Positions 18,773 through 29,040 are shown, counted from the first letter of the stretch. The stretch: 64,000 bases of DNA from an uncultured Candidatus Actinomarina sp. (GCA_902578135.1 CACHBU010000001.1:125286-189285), one strand, 5' to 3'. Made by a program: numbers and translations. The notes: generated by a model not told the origin, from the letters alone.

Positions 18773-20925
18773 TCTTTTTTAAGGTTGTCTAAAAGTATTA
18801 AAGAAACGTCTCTAACTCTTACATTATCCCCATAGCCAAGTTCTTTAACGCCGTCATCCATCATTATGTAACAAAATGGGCAAGCAACTGCGACTTCATC
18901 AGCGCCGGTCTCAATTGCTTCTTGGGATCTTTCAATGTTTACTTTTTTGCCAACAGACTCTTCCATCCACATTCTTCCACCGCCAGCACCACAGCAAAAG
19001 CTCTGAGTTCCTTGGCGCTTCATTTCTCTAATTTCTATTCCACCAATTGAGCCAACGATTTCTCTCGGTGCTGTATAAATGTCATTATGTCTACCTAAGT
19101 AACATGAGTCGTGATATGTAATTTTGTAAGGCTTGTCACTTGTTCCAACTTCTATTCTCCCAGACTGAACAAGTTCTGTTAATAATTGACTGTGATGAAT
19201 AACTTTATACTCGCCCCCGAGTTGAGGATATTCATTTGCAATAGTATTAAAACAGTGTGGACACTGTGTAATAATCTTATCTACTTTCAGATTGTTCATG
19301 TTTTCAATATTTTGTATCGCAAGTTGTTGAAAAACAAATTCATTACCTGTTCTTCGTGCAGAATCTCCTGTACAAACTTCCTTGGGCCCCAAAACTGCGT
19401 AAGATACTCCAGCTCGCTTTAAAAGTGTTGCAACAGCTTTTGTCACAGGTACATTTCTATCGTCGAAAGCTCCGGCACATCCGATCCAGTATAAATAATC
19501 GTATTCTTCAGAGTTCGATTCATCAATGACAGGTACCTCAAAATCAAGATCTTCCGTCCACTTCAAACGATCGTTTTGTGATGCCCCCCAAGGGTTAGAT
19601 GAATTCTCCATTGCAACATAAGCTTTACCAAGTTCTGATGGAAAATCTGATTCCATCAAAGCTAGATGTCTTCTCATATCAAGTATCTTGTCCAAAATTT
19701 CTATATTTACAGGACATATTTCATCACAAGCTCTACACGAAGTACAGGCCCAGACTTCTTCTGAGGTTATTCTTTCAAAAACATTTGATGAATTTACTTT
19801 TAGGGGTCCTGGCGTGCTGATGGTTGCTGGAACAGCAGGATCTCCAGATTCAGACATTACTTGCCCTACTTTTAAGATTATCTCTCTTGGATCAAGAGAT
19901 TTACCTGTTTGATTTGCTGGACATACTGAAGTACATCTTCCACAAACTGTGCAAGCATCTAAGTCCATAAGTTGTTTCCAAGTGAAATGGTCAATTATTT
20001 CTGTGCCAACATTATCAATATCTTCTGCTTCTAGTAAGTTTCCAATATCTCTCATAGCGCCTTTATGTCTCTCTTTAGGTGACATAAACATGTTTATTGG
20101 TGATGTAATAATATGTCGTAACTTAGAAATAGGTAATGCAATCAAAAACACGAAGAAAGAAACAACGTGCAAAACCCAGGAAACCCTATGAAACAGCTCA
20201 GGGTTTGATAGATTTAAGAAATCAGCTACAAAATATCCAATAAATGACCACTTCTCGTAATTTGGAAAATTTTCAAGTGCAATTCTTCCAGCTTCTGTAG
20301 TAACACCTGATATGCCAATAAAAATTAACAAAGATAACGTTAGATAATCATCAACTGTAGTCTTTGTTTGTATTCGGTATTCTGCGCCTCTTAATCTTCT
20401 TATTAAGGCCCAGAAAAGACCGATTAGATAAGCTATAGTTGCTAACTCCAGAAGGAATGAATAAACAATATATGTAGTTCCTTGTAGAAACTTCCATTTA
20501 GGAGGCATTAAATGATGAATTTCAAGAGTAATAGTCCCAGCAAACAAACCAAGAAAACCAATATATATTAAAGAATGCATCAGTCCGGCAGCTTTAAACC
20601 TAAGCACTGTTCTCATTGTTATTCCATCAAAAAAGCTCCAAAGACGAGCAGAAAATTTTACATTTCTTTTTTCTTCTTTACCTCTTGTCCAGTTTTTAAC
20701 TCTAAGAGAAAGTAAATAACCAGACAGGTAGATAGTAGAAGCACTTAATACATAAAATATATATTGAAGGACTTTAGGAATATTTTCAAAAACACGTCTT
20801 CCTTCAATTATCTCTCCTTCAGGAAAAATATAGCTAGCTCCCCAAAGAAATAATGTACCAAGAGAAGCTCCTGCAGATAGAAGTAGAACATAATCATTAC
20901 CCTTTAGGCTTTTTAATTTATTCAT
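18769..20925 (-). CDS. membrane-bound (Fe-S)-binding reductase, Rv0338c/HdrD-DsrK-like (N-terminal NarI/DsrM-like TM domain fused to 2x[4Fe-4S] + 2 CCG domains)
   Basis: N-terminal ~280 aa polytopic; CTVCGRCTSVCP and CTSCRACDEICP ferredoxin motifs; CCG cysteine-rich domains (CPHCFN..., CCGAGGG). Confidence 0.75.
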   Translation of the reverse strand: MNKLKSLKGNDYVLLLSAGASLGTLFLWGASYIFPEGEIIEGRRVFENIPKVLQYIFYVLSASTIYLSGYLLSLRVKNWTRGKEEKRNVKFSARLWSFFDGITMRTVLRFKAAGLMHSLIYIGFLGLFAGTITLEIHHLMPPKWKFLQGTTYIVYSFLLELATIAYLIGLFWALIRRLRGAEYRIQTKTTVDDYLTLSLLIFIGISGVTTEAGRIALENFPNYEKWSFIGYFVADFLNLSNPELFHRVSWVLHVVSFFVFLIALPISKLRHIITSPINMFMSPKERHKGAMRDIGNLLEAEDIDNVGTEIIDHFTWKQLMDLDACTVCGRCTSVCPANQTGKSLDPREIILKVGQVMSESGDPAVPATISTPGPLKVNSSNVFERITSEEVWACTSCRACDEICPVNIEILDKILDMRRHLALMESDFPSELGKAYVAMENSSNPWGASQNDRLKWTEDLDFEVPVIDESNSEEYDYLYWIGCAGAFDDRNVPVTKAVATLLKRAGVSYAVLGPKEVCTGDSARRTGNEFVFQQLAIQNIENMNNLKVDKIITQCPHCFNTIANEYPQLGGEYKVIHHSQLLTELVQSGRIEVGTSDKPYKITYHDSCYLGRHNDIYTAPREIVGSIGGIEIREMKRQGTQSFCCGAGGGRMWMEESVGKKVNIERSQEAIETGADEVAVACPFCYIMMDDGVKELGYGDNVRVRDVSLILLDNLKKD

Positions 20926-21712
20926 TTTTTAATTCAGCTGATATCTCAATTGATCTATTTGTTGCCTGTTGAATTGCATTGAAAATTATTGTATCAAAGG
21001 AATTATCAATAAGCGAATCAAGACCTGCCTCTGTAGTCCCTTTTGGTGATTTCACTTTATTTACCAACTCAGTAAAAGAATCCTCTGCACTAATTAAGTT
21101 TGGTAAAGCTTTAATTAATTCTTTAACTAATTCTTCAGCATCATATTCATTCATGCCTAATTGAGTAGCTGAATTTGTAAGTTGCCTTGAAAGCTCATAG
21201 AACCAAGCCGGGCCACTTCCTGATAATGCTGTAACAAGTGGGAACAATTTCTCAGTAAATTCTCTCGTAAGCCCCAAAGAAGATAATGCTATTTCTATAA
21301 AACTTAAGTAATCATCATCATAATTTTTTACAAATGGAATAAATCCATTGTTTTTTCTAATTAATAGATTAGGCATTATTCTAATAACTCTATTTTTAAC
21401 ATATTTGTTTATCGTTTCAATTTCTAAGCCAGCAACTGGTGAGCAAATAAGGACATCTTTCTCAATGTTTTTAGTAAACGATTCAAAGAAATTATTTATA
21501 TTTTGTGGCTTAATGCAAAGTATTAAAACTCCTGAATCAAGAGTGTTAATATGCGGAGAAGTTATTACATTATGTAATTTGGCGAAATCATTTCTAATTT
21601 TTTCATTTTCTTCATAAAAATAAAGATTGAGGTTTTTATTTTTTTGTAAGCCCTCAAAAAAAGCTGTTCCTAAGTTTCCAAGCCCTAAGATATTGATATC
21701 TATCTTTTTCAT
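20918..21712 (-). CDS. proC: pyrroline-5-carboxylate reductase
   Basis: N-terminal Rossmann INILGLGNLGTAF; C-terminal SPKGTTEAGLDSL P5CR dimerisation motif; overlaps the downstream reductase gene start. Confidence 0.75.
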   Translation of the reverse strand: MKKIDINILGLGNLGTAFFEGLQKNKNLNLYFYEENEKIRNDFAKLHNVITSPHINTLDSGVLILCIKPQNINNFFESFTKNIEKDVLICSPVAGLEIETINKYVKNRVIRIMPNLLIRKNNGFIPFVKNYDDDYLSFIEIALSSLGLTREFTEKLFPLVTALSGSGPAWFYELSRQLTNSATQLGMNEYDAEELVKELIKALPNLISAEDSFTELVNKVKSPKGTTEAGLDSLIDNSFDTIIFNAIQQATNRSIEISAELKNE

Positions 21713-21817
21713 TATTCAATATTATCAGGTGGTTTAATAATTACTAAAATTGCTTATTTTTTATCTTTTTTAATAAATTTTTTGCATTAAATTGCCAATA
21801 TGATATATTAATTACAT

Positions 21818-21839
21818 ATCTAAGTAAATATACTTAGAT
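21818..21839. promoter_or_regulatory. 9-4-9 perfect palindrome ATCTAAGTA-AATA-TACTTAGAT upstream of small protein A/dnaK operon; followed by an (ATTAG)x3 tandem at 21851-21865
   Basis: Read directly; the position ~40-60 nt upstream of the 21877 start suggests an operator (HAIR-like layout but a different sequence). Confidence 0.4.
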
Positions 21840-21876
21840 TATATATCAAAATTAGATTAGATTAGGAAGGTTAAGA

Positions 21877-22077
21877 ATGAGTGGAACATTAACAGCATCA
21901 CAAGTTAAGCCAGGTGTTAGAAGATCAAAAAAATACACCACTGGTAGAGTTTGCGCATTTGAAACTTGTGAGACCGTAATTAGCGTTTATAACAAAAAGA
22001 AATTTTGTTTTCTACATGCTCCTATCTCCTATCCAAGGGTAAGAGGTCATTTGCCAAGAGAACAAGAACCAATTTAA
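21877..22077 (+). CDS. small Cys3His protein, paralog A (unknown function), first gene of dnaK operon
   Basis: 66 aa; RBS AGGAAGG; roughly half of positions identical to the ORF at 46098-46292, with shared blocks GRVC, YNK, CF-HAP, YPRVRG; no terminator before dnaK (27-nt gap). Confidence 0.6.
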   Translation: MSGTLTASQVKPGVRRSKKYTTGRVCAFETCETVISVYNKKKFCFLHAPISYPRVRGHLPREQEPI

Positions 22078-22104
22078 TAATTTTTACGAAAGGAAATACA
22101 CAAA

Positions 22105-23913
22105 ATGGGTAAAGCTGTAGGAATAGATTTGGGAACAACAAACAGTGTTGTAGCAGTTTTAGAAGGTGGAGAGCCTTCTGTTATTGCAAATGCTGAAGGA
22201 AATAGAACAACCCCTTCTATTGTTGCATTTAAATCTGAAGAAGTGCTTGTAGGAGAGCTTGCAAAAAGACAGGCTATCACCAATCCCGACAATACAGTAA
22301 GGTCTATTAAAAGACATATTGGGACTGATTGGAAAGAAAAATTTGAAGATAAAGAGTACACACCTCAAGAGATTTCTGCACGAATTTTACAAAAATTAAA
22401 GCGAGACGCTGAAGCTTACTTGGGAGATGATGTTACCGAGGCCGTAATTACAGTACCAGCCTATTTTAATGATGCAGAAAGGCAAGCAACAAAGGAAGCT
22501 GGACAAATTGCTGGTCTGAATGTCCTAAGAATAATTAATGAACCAACAGCTGCATCATTAGCTTATGGTCTAGAAAATAATGAAGATCAAAAAATTTTAG
22601 TATTTGACTTAGGTGGAGGTACTTTTGATGTTTCAATACTTGAAATCTCAGAAGGTGTGTTTGAAGTTAAATCTACTTCTGGCGACTCAAAACTTGGCGG
22701 GGATGATTGGGATCAACGAGTTATGGACTGGTTGATAGATAAGTTCAAATCATCCACAGGGATAGATTTGTCAAAAGATAAAATGGCAGTTCAAAGAATT
22801 CAAGAAGGTGCTGAAAAAGCCAAAATTGAACTATCTTCAACAAGTGAAACAGAAATAAATTTACCTTTTATTACCGCAAACGATGCTGGGCCTCAACACT
22901 TGCTTGAAAAATTAAGTAGATCAGAATTTGAAAAAATAACAGCTGACTTAGTTGAACGAACTAAAGCACCTGTAGAGAACGCATTGTCTGATGCAGGTAT
23001 GCAATATTCTGATATTGATCACATTATTTTAGTTGGTGGCTCAACACGTATGCCATCTGTTCAACAACTTGTAAAAACTTTAACTGGAAAAGATCCACAT
23101 AAGGGAGTTAACCCAGACGAAGTTGTAGCCTCAGGAGCAGCTATTCAAGCTGGTGTCCTTAAAGGTGATGTAAAAGATGTTCTTTTGTTAGACGTTACAC
23201 CTCTTACTTTAGGTGTTGAAACAAAAGGTGGAATAATGACAAAAATGATTGAGAGAAATACAACTATTCCTACCAAACGATCAGAGGTTTTCAGCACAGC
23301 AGAAAATAATCAAACTCAAGTTGAAATTCATATTTTGCAAGGTGAAAGGGAAATGGCAGCTGGCAATAAATCCCTAGGTAGATTCACCCTTACAGATATT
23401 CCTGCTGCGATGGCTGGGACTCCACAAATTGAAGTAACGTTTGATATTGATGCCAATGGAATCGTAAATGTTAATGCCAAAGATCTTGGTACTGGAAAAG
23501 AACAAGCTATAACTATTACTGGTGGAACTGCACTTGAAGATGATGAAATCGACAGAATGATAAAAGATGCTGAACAACATGCCAATGAAGATGCTAAAAA
23601 GAAAGAGCTTGTTGAAACAAGAAATATGGCAGAAGGTATGGTTACCTCGACTGAAAAAATGCTCGATGAAAATAAAGATAAAGCTACCGAAGAAGAAGTT
23701 GCAGCAATCACTGATGCAAATGATAAATTAAAAAAACTCCTTGAAAACGAAGATTTATCTGTAGATGATCTAAAAAATGGAATTGATGAGTTAGCTAAAG
23801 CAAGTCAGTCTTTTGCAGAAAAACTTTACGCTGAAGCCCAAAACGATGCACCAGACTCACCTGATGATGTTTCAGAAGATGTAGTCGAAGGTGAAGTTGT
23901 AGAGGATGAATAA
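22105..23913 (+). CDS. dnaK: molecular chaperone DnaK (Hsp70)
   Basis: [16 protein letters not shown], complete Hsp70 architecture, 602 aa. Confidence 0.97.
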   Translation: MGKAVGIDLGTTNSVVAVLEGGEPSVIANAEGNRTTPSIVAFKSEEVLVGELAKRQAITNPDNTVRSIKRHIGTDWKEKFEDKEYTPQEISARILQKLKRDAEAYLGDDVTEAVITVPAYFNDAERQATKEAGQIAGLNVLRIINEPTAASLAYGLENNEDQKILVFDLGGGTFDVSILEISEGVFEVKSTSGDSKLGGDDWDQRVMDWLIDKFKSSTGIDLSKDKMAVQRIQEGAEKAKIELSSTSETEINLPFITANDAGPQHLLEKLSRSEFEKITADLVERTKAPVENALSDAGMQYSDIDHIILVGGSTRMPSVQQLVKTLTGKDPHKGVNPDEVVASGAAIQAGVLKGDVKDVLLLDVTPLTLGVETKGGIMTKMIERNTTIPTKRSEVFSTAENNQTQVEIHILQGEREMAAGNKSLGRFTLTDIPAAMAGTPQIEVTFDIDANGIVNVNAKDLGTGKEQAITITGGTALEDDEIDRMIKDAEQHANEDAKKKELVETRNMAEGMVTSTEKMLDENKDKATEEEVAAITDANDKLKKLLENEDLSVDDLKNGIDELAKASQSFAEKLYAEAQNDAPDSPDDVSEDVVEGEVVEDE

Positions 23914-24397
23914 GGAAGAACCCTCTATTGATGAAGTAGACAAAACTTCAGATACAGCAGTTAATGAAAAATCTGAAGAATCAACTGTCTCTCTGTCACA
24001 ATACGAAAAAATAAAAGACGACTATTTAAGACTTGCTGCTGATTTTGACAATTACAAAAAAAGAGCTGAAAAAGAGAAAGAAAACATTGGAGCTGCTTCA
24101 GTAGCTTACTTCGTTAATGCTATTTTTCCACTCATTGATAATTTTGAAATGGCTATGGCGCAAGAAAAAGTAGCTAAAGAAGTAGAAGCACTTAATAGTA
24201 TACTTACCTCAGTTCTCCAGAACTTACAAGTTGAAGAAGTAGGAGAAATTGGAGAAAATTTTGATCCATCTCTACATGAAGCTGTTGAACATTCTGGTGA
24301 AGGTGATTCTCAGATAATCGATGCGGTTTTACGCAAAGGATATCTATTTCAGGGTAGTTTGATTCGCCCTGCAATGGTAAAAGTGAAAAGTGAGTAG
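23906..24397 (+). CDS. grpE: nucleotide exchange factor GrpE
   Basis: 163 aa; [16 protein letters not shown] is the GrpE signature; overlaps the dnaK stop. Confidence 0.9.
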   Translation: MNKEEPSIDEVDKTSDTAVNEKSEESTVSLSQYEKIKDDYLRLAADFDNYKKRAEKEKENIGAASVAYFVNAIFPLIDNFEMAMAQEKVAKEVEALNSILTSVLQNLQVEEVGEIGENFDPSLHEAVEHSGEGDSQIIDAVLRKGYLFQGSLIRPAMVKVKSE

Positions 24398-25475
24398 AGA
24401 CTGGTTAGACAAAGACTTTTACGCCACCCTGGGCGTAACAAAAGAGGCAAGTACTGAAGAAATAAAAAAAGCGTATAAGAAGCTTGCAAGAGAAAATCAT
24501 CCAGACTTAAACCCAGGAGATACTGAAGCTGAAAAAAAATTCAAAGAAATTTCAGAAGCTAGCTCGGTTCTCGGTGATGAAAAGAAAAGACAAGAGTATG
24601 ACCAGGTTCGTGCAATGGGTGCTTCAGGGTTTGGAGGATTTGGCGGACAAGGGTTTAATGTAGAGGATTTTGGTGATTTATTTGGAAATCTCGGAGATAT
24701 ATTTGGATTCGGAGGTGCTGGGGGAAGAAGAAAAGGCCAGACTTATCAAACAAATATTAATATATCTTTTAATGATGCGGCTTCAGGAGTAGAAAGTGTA
24801 GTTCCTCTCAGAAAGGAAGTAGTTTGTTCTTACTGTAAAGGAACCGGAGCAGATAAAGGTGAAGCTTTCCATAGGTGTAATATTTGTAATGGAAGTGGAC
24901 AGACAGCTTCAAATCAAGGATTTTTTTCTTTTGCTCAAACATGTTCAGCTTGCAAAGGGCAGGGAAATATTATTGATAAAGCGTGTAAAACTTGTAGAAG
25001 TTCTGGCTCTGTAATAGAGAATGAGTCAATAAAAGTAAAAGTTCCTGCCGGAGTAGATAATGGTACAGTTATTAGATTACGGGGAAGAGGCGGTCCTGGT
25101 GATGCAGGCGCACCAGATGGAGATTTATTAGTTCAAGTTGCCGTTGAACCACACAAATTCTTTAGAAGAAACAATAGCGATCTTATTCTAGAAATTCCTT
25201 TACTATTTACAGAGGCAGCTCTTGGTGCAAGTGTAAAGATACCAACGCTTAAGAAATCAGTAACATTAAAAATTCCTGCGGGTACTCCAAGTGGAAAAAC
25301 TTTCAAAATAAAAGGTGAGGGAATTGCTCCACAAGGTAGAAGGCCAGGAGATTTATTTATAAAAGTTTTCATAACCCCTCCAACAAATTTATCAAGATCT
25401 GCAAAAAAACATTTGGAAAACTATAGAGATCAATTTGAGTCTGGAGACTCTCCGAGGGATTATTTATATGAATAA
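24390..25475 (+). CDS. dnaJ: chaperone DnaJ
   Basis: J-domain (HPD within NHPDLNP), G/F region, four CxxCxGxG zinc-finger repeats; GTG start. Confidence 0.92.
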   Translation: MSRDWLDKDFYATLGVTKEASTEEIKKAYKKLARENHPDLNPGDTEAEKKFKEISEASSVLGDEKKRQEYDQVRAMGASGFGGFGGQGFNVEDFGDLFGNLGDIFGFGGAGGRRKGQTYQTNINISFNDAASGVESVVPLRKEVVCSYCKGTGADKGEAFHRCNICNGSGQTASNQGFFSFAQTCSACKGQGNIIDKACKTCRSSGSVIENESIKVKVPAGVDNGTVIRLRGRGGPGDAGAPDGDLLVQVAVEPHKFFRRNNSDLILEIPLLFTEAALGASVKIPTLKKSVTLKIPAGTPSGKTFKIKGEGIAPQGRRPGDLFIKVFITPPTNLSRSAKKHLENYRDQFESGDSPRDYLYE

Positions 25476-25857
25476 TGAAGACTCGAAAGCAATATATTTT
25501 ATTTCTGTAGCATCAACTCTCTCAGGAATCCATCAACAAACAATAAGAACATACGAACAAAAAGGTTTAATTAAACCGTTTAGAACAGGTGGAGGAACAA
25601 GAAGATATTCACAGGAAGACATAGATAAATTGATTCAGATTCAAAATCTTTCTCAGAGAGGTATAAATTTAGATGGAATAAAAATCATATATGAAATGAA
25701 AGACAAAATAGAAGAATTACAGAGTAAAATAATCTCTTTAGAAGATGAAATGTCTACTCAAAAAGTTGATTCAAGAAATAAAGAACGAGAAATACACAAA
25801 AGTTACAAAAATGAAATTGTTAAAAAAACTAACAAATCAATTAAAAAAACAAATTAA
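25468..25857 (+). CDS. hspR: heat-shock repressor HspR (MerR family)
   Basis: MerR HTH (IYFISVASTLSGIHQQTIRTYEQKGLIKP) + coiled-coil tail; ATG at 25468 overlaps the dnaJ stop; dnaK-grpE-dnaJ-hspR is the actinobacterial order. Confidence 0.85.
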   Translation: MNNEDSKAIYFISVASTLSGIHQQTIRTYEQKGLIKPFRTGGGTRRYSQEDIDKLIQIQNLSQRGINLDGIKIIYEMKDKIEELQSKIISLEDEMSTQKVDSRNKEREIHKSYKNEIVKKTNKSIKKTN

Positions 25858-25867
25858 GATAAGCTAG

Positions 25868-26086
25868 ATGGATACAGGCAACATAATTCTTTTTTTAAAA
25901 AAGTTTAGTTTTATCAGATTAGTTGGAACCGGAATAGTTCTAAGAGTATTTATTGCAATCATTGACGGTATTTTTGGGTTACAAATTAATGAAGTTGAGA
26001 ACTTCAATTTCTATATTTTCGGTCTTGCTCTGGCGTACACAATCTTATGGATGTTTAATAAAAGCTACTCTGAAGAAGAAGAGTAA
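25868..26086 (+). CDS. small hydrophobic protein, unknown
   Basis: 72 aa, 2 TM, acidic tail; the only support is ORF plus position between hspR and the DUF418 gene. Confidence 0.3.
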   Translation: MDTGNIILFLKKFSFIRLVGTGIVLRVFIAIIDGIFGLQINEVENFNFYIFGLALAYTILWMFNKSYSEEEE

Positions 26087-26098
26087 TATAAATTTTTA

Positions 26099-27241
26099 AT
26101 GAACTCTGCTCAGAGAATTACAAATTTAGATTTTATTAGAGGTTTTGCTCTACTCGGAATACTTGTAATAAACGTTATAGCATTTGGCCTTCCGCTTACT
26201 GCAACTACAAATCAGTCAACATACGGAATCGATAATACTCTTGATTGGATAGTTTTGGTAATTTCATCAGTGTTTTTTGAACAAAAAATGATGGGTTTAT
26301 TTTCTATGCTTTTTGGTGTTGGCATAATGATATTTTTAGATAATGCAGAAAAAAAGACTTCAAAACCAAAAATACTAGCTATTTGGAGAAATTTTTTATT
26401 ATTTTGTTTTGGGCTAATTCACTTATCAATTTGGGAAGGTGATGTACTTGCACCATATGCAATTTGTGCATTTTTGCTAATCATATTTCCCAAAGTTGAA
26501 AATCCGAAATTCATATTTGCCGCAATAGTTTTTTTGATGACAGCATTTACTTTAATAACAAACTATTTCTCTTCGTTATACGATACAAGTGGAAACTTGA
26601 TTTCACAGGAAGAGTGGGTTCTTTTAGCTAGTGAAGGCGGTGCATTATCATATGGTAAGTTTTGGTTTCCAGATTCAGAATCTTGGGGCAATCTTGTTGC
26701 CATGTGGTGGTATATCGGAGCATTTTTTAGAGCAATATCTTTAATGCTATTTGGTTTTTTGTTATACAAATTAAACATAATTCAAGGTAAAAAAGAAATT
26801 TCATATTATAAAAAAATGTCTCTTTTTGGATTTTCAATAGGCTTACCCTTGGCTGTCTTTAGTATCTATTTGCTCATTAGTTCAAACTATGATCCATCTG
26901 TCCTTTTCATCAGCAATATTTTTAACACTCTATCAGTCATACCAATGGTTTTAGGATATACAGGACTTTTGACAATTCTTAATTTGAAACTAAAAGATTC
27001 TATAAGTGAAAGATTGCGAGCATGCGGTAAGTTGGCATTTACAAATTATATTATTCAGACGGTCTTTGGAGTTTTTATCTTAGGTGCATTTGGTTTAGAT
27101 ACGTTTTCAAGATCACAGTTAATAGTCTATGTATTTACAGTTTGGATGATTCAAATATCTTGGTCAAAACCAATTTTAGATAAATTTAATTATGGACCTC
27201 TAGAATGGTTTTGGAGAAAACTAACTTATCTTTTTGTTTAA
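26099..27241 (+). CDS. DUF418 family membrane protein (YeiB-like)
   Basis: ITNLDFIRGFALLGILVINV N-terminus and ~10 TM are typical of DUF418. Confidence 0.65.
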   Translation: MNSAQRITNLDFIRGFALLGILVINVIAFGLPLTATTNQSTYGIDNTLDWIVLVISSVFFEQKMMGLFSMLFGVGIMIFLDNAEKKTSKPKILAIWRNFLLFCFGLIHLSIWEGDVLAPYAICAFLLIIFPKVENPKFIFAAIVFLMTAFTLITNYFSSLYDTSGNLISQEEWVLLASEGGALSYGKFWFPDSESWGNLVAMWWYIGAFFRAISLMLFGFLLYKLNIIQGKKEISYYKKMSLFGFSIGLPLAVFSIYLLISSNYDPSVLFISNIFNTLSVIPMVLGYTGLLTILNLKLKDSISERLRACGKLAFTNYIIQTVFGVFILGAFGLDTFSRSQLIVYVFTVWMIQISWSKPILDKFNYGPLEWFWRKLTYLFV

Positions 27242-28929
27242 CTTTTATATTTTGCAATAAAAGAGTTAATCTTATTTTCTAAAATAGGAAGAGTAATTCC
27301 CCCGTCGCATAGAACTTCATCGTGGAAGTATCTAATGTCGAACTTATCTCCTAGTTCGTTTTCAGCTTTTCTACGTAATTCTTCGATCTTTAACTGACCC
27401 ATTTTATATGAACATGCTTGTCCCGGCCAAGCAATATATCGATCTGTCTCGATTTCAGCATTTATAGCTTCAATTGGAGAATTTGCTTTGAAAAAATTAA
27501 TTGCGTTATCTCTTGACCAACCCATGCCATGCATGCCTGTATCAAGAACAAGACGACAAGCTCTCCATGCATCATTTCCAAGTCTTCCTAGCTGTTGTAC
27601 ATCATTGGAGTATAAACCCATTTCATTAGCTAATTGCTCTGAATAGAGTCCCCACCCCTCAACAAATGCCGTGGAAGCAACATACTTTTGAAAATCTGGT
27701 ACGTCTTGAAGCTCAACTGCAATAGTTCTATCAAGGTGATGTCCCGGTATAGCCTCATGAAAAGCAACAGATTCAGCCTCAAATATACTTTTTGTTTCTG
27801 CTTTATATGTATTAAGAAAATACGTACCATCTCTTGAACCATCTGGTAAAGGAGGGTAGTAATAAGCAGGAGGAGCATGTTGCTCAGATTCAGCAGGTAC
27901 CGGAAGAACTTTACATGGAGATTTTGGAAACACTGTGAACCACTCATCTAAAGGCTTATAGGATCTTTCTATGGTATCAATTGCTAACTGTAACATCTGC
28001 TCTTTGCTTTCATATCTCATTGATGGTTCTGTTTGCATTTTGTGTATTACATCTTCAGGAGTATCAACTCCATCAAATACATTTTTTCCAATTTCAAAAA
28101 ATTCTTTTTTTAATCTCTCTATTTCTGATAGACCTATTTCATGAACTTCTTTTACAGTTATTTCTTTGTGTCCTGTGTATTTTCTTAATGATCTTAAATA
28201 AGACTCTTCTCCACCATCAATCCACATAATCCCACAATTGTCATCTCCTCGCCCTTTAGGAAGATGCTCAGTTTTTAATTGATCTAAGTAAGCTGATACA
28301 GTTGGCCTAATATTTACTTCAATAATGTTTTTTGCTTTATCTTTCCATTCAGATATTTCTGAATCTGAAATCTCTGGTGAGAAGTTGACTAAAAGCAATG
28401 GATCCTGATCCAAAGAAGAAGCTAGGTAGTTTTCTAATTGATTAATAGTTCTTAATAGGTTTCTTTCTGTTGCAACTCTATTATTATTTAGACCCACTTT
28501 TTGAACGTCGGCAATTTGAGTGTACAGTCTCTTGTATAATTCGAGTCTTTTTAACATCATGTCTGCTGATTCAGAATCAGGTACAAACATTTGTTGATTG
28601 TAATCAATTAAGAATCCTGTAAAACCCGCTACTCCAGCTCCAAATTCCCAACTTCTATCAAGAAGTGAGTCTTTGTTTGAACTAAGAGCAAATTCCAACA
28701 TTCCATGAGTTACTTTTTCTCTACTTGTTAAATTATCTTTCTCAATAGCGTTTAAACGCTGAATAAATGTATCAACTATATCTTTTTCTTTTTGGAATTG
28801 CTCTTCTGTGAGTTCTTCTATTTGATCAAAATATTTTTTATGCCCTCGCATAATTGCTGATGTTGGTGAAGAATCTAAAGAATTTTGAAAAAAATCTTTA
28901 GCTAGACCGACTAGTTGACTATCTGACAT
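27238..28929 (-). CDS. DUF885 family protein (putative metallopeptidase-like)
   Basis: 563 aa; the HEAIPGHHLD motif is diagnostic of DUF885. Confidence 0.7.
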   Translation of the reverse strand: MSDSQLVGLAKDFFQNSLDSSPTSAIMRGHKKYFDQIEELTEEQFQKEKDIVDTFIQRLNAIEKDNLTSREKVTHGMLEFALSSNKDSLLDRSWEFGAGVAGFTGFLIDYNQQMFVPDSESADMMLKRLELYKRLYTQIADVQKVGLNNNRVATERNLLRTINQLENYLASSLDQDPLLLVNFSPEISDSEISEWKDKAKNIIEVNIRPTVSAYLDQLKTEHLPKGRGDDNCGIMWIDGGEESYLRSLRKYTGHKEITVKEVHEIGLSEIERLKKEFFEIGKNVFDGVDTPEDVIHKMQTEPSMRYESKEQMLQLAIDTIERSYKPLDEWFTVFPKSPCKVLPVPAESEQHAPPAYYYPPLPDGSRDGTYFLNTYKAETKSIFEAESVAFHEAIPGHHLDRTIAVELQDVPDFQKYVASTAFVEGWGLYSEQLANEMGLYSNDVQQLGRLGNDAWRACRLVLDTGMHGMGWSRDNAINFFKANSPIEAINAEIETDRYIAWPGQACSYKMGQLKIEELRRKAENELGDKFDIRYFHDEVLCDGGITLPILENKINSFIAKYKS

Positions 28930-29040
28930 TGAGAGCTCCTCTTAAATAAAAAATAAATTACATTATTAAGTTTATCTTTTATTTCTATTTTTAATTGCCT
29001 AACTTTTGGATATTTTAATAAGACACCTTAATATGAAACT

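Noticed and set aside
23328-23711. 127-aa minus-strand ORF (Ser/Ile-rich) and 68-aa ORF inside dnaK; similar antisense ORFs at 1925-2185, 3190-3432, 7892-8245, 8333-8590, 15549-15806, 19186-20191, 32364-33102, 36184-36643, 44499-45059, 58437-59072.
   Set aside because: All are embedded antisense within strongly supported conserved genes, have low-complexity or biased composition, and have no independent signals. Treated as shadow ORFs.
25431-25447. Palindrome GAGTC-TGGA-GACTC just upstream of hspR, considered as the HspR operator (HAIR).
   Set aside because: It lies inside the dnaJ coding 3' end, matches only 5-6 nt of one HAIR half-site, and is too short to distinguish from chance. Kept only as a note under the dnaK-upstream palindrome finding.
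27238-27241. Convergent DUF418 and DUF885 genes share a palindromic TTAA containing both stop codons; similar 4-nt overlaps occur at 10007-10010 and 4602-4605.
   Set aside because: This is a consequence of extreme genome compaction rather than a functional element. No hairpin or terminator is associated.
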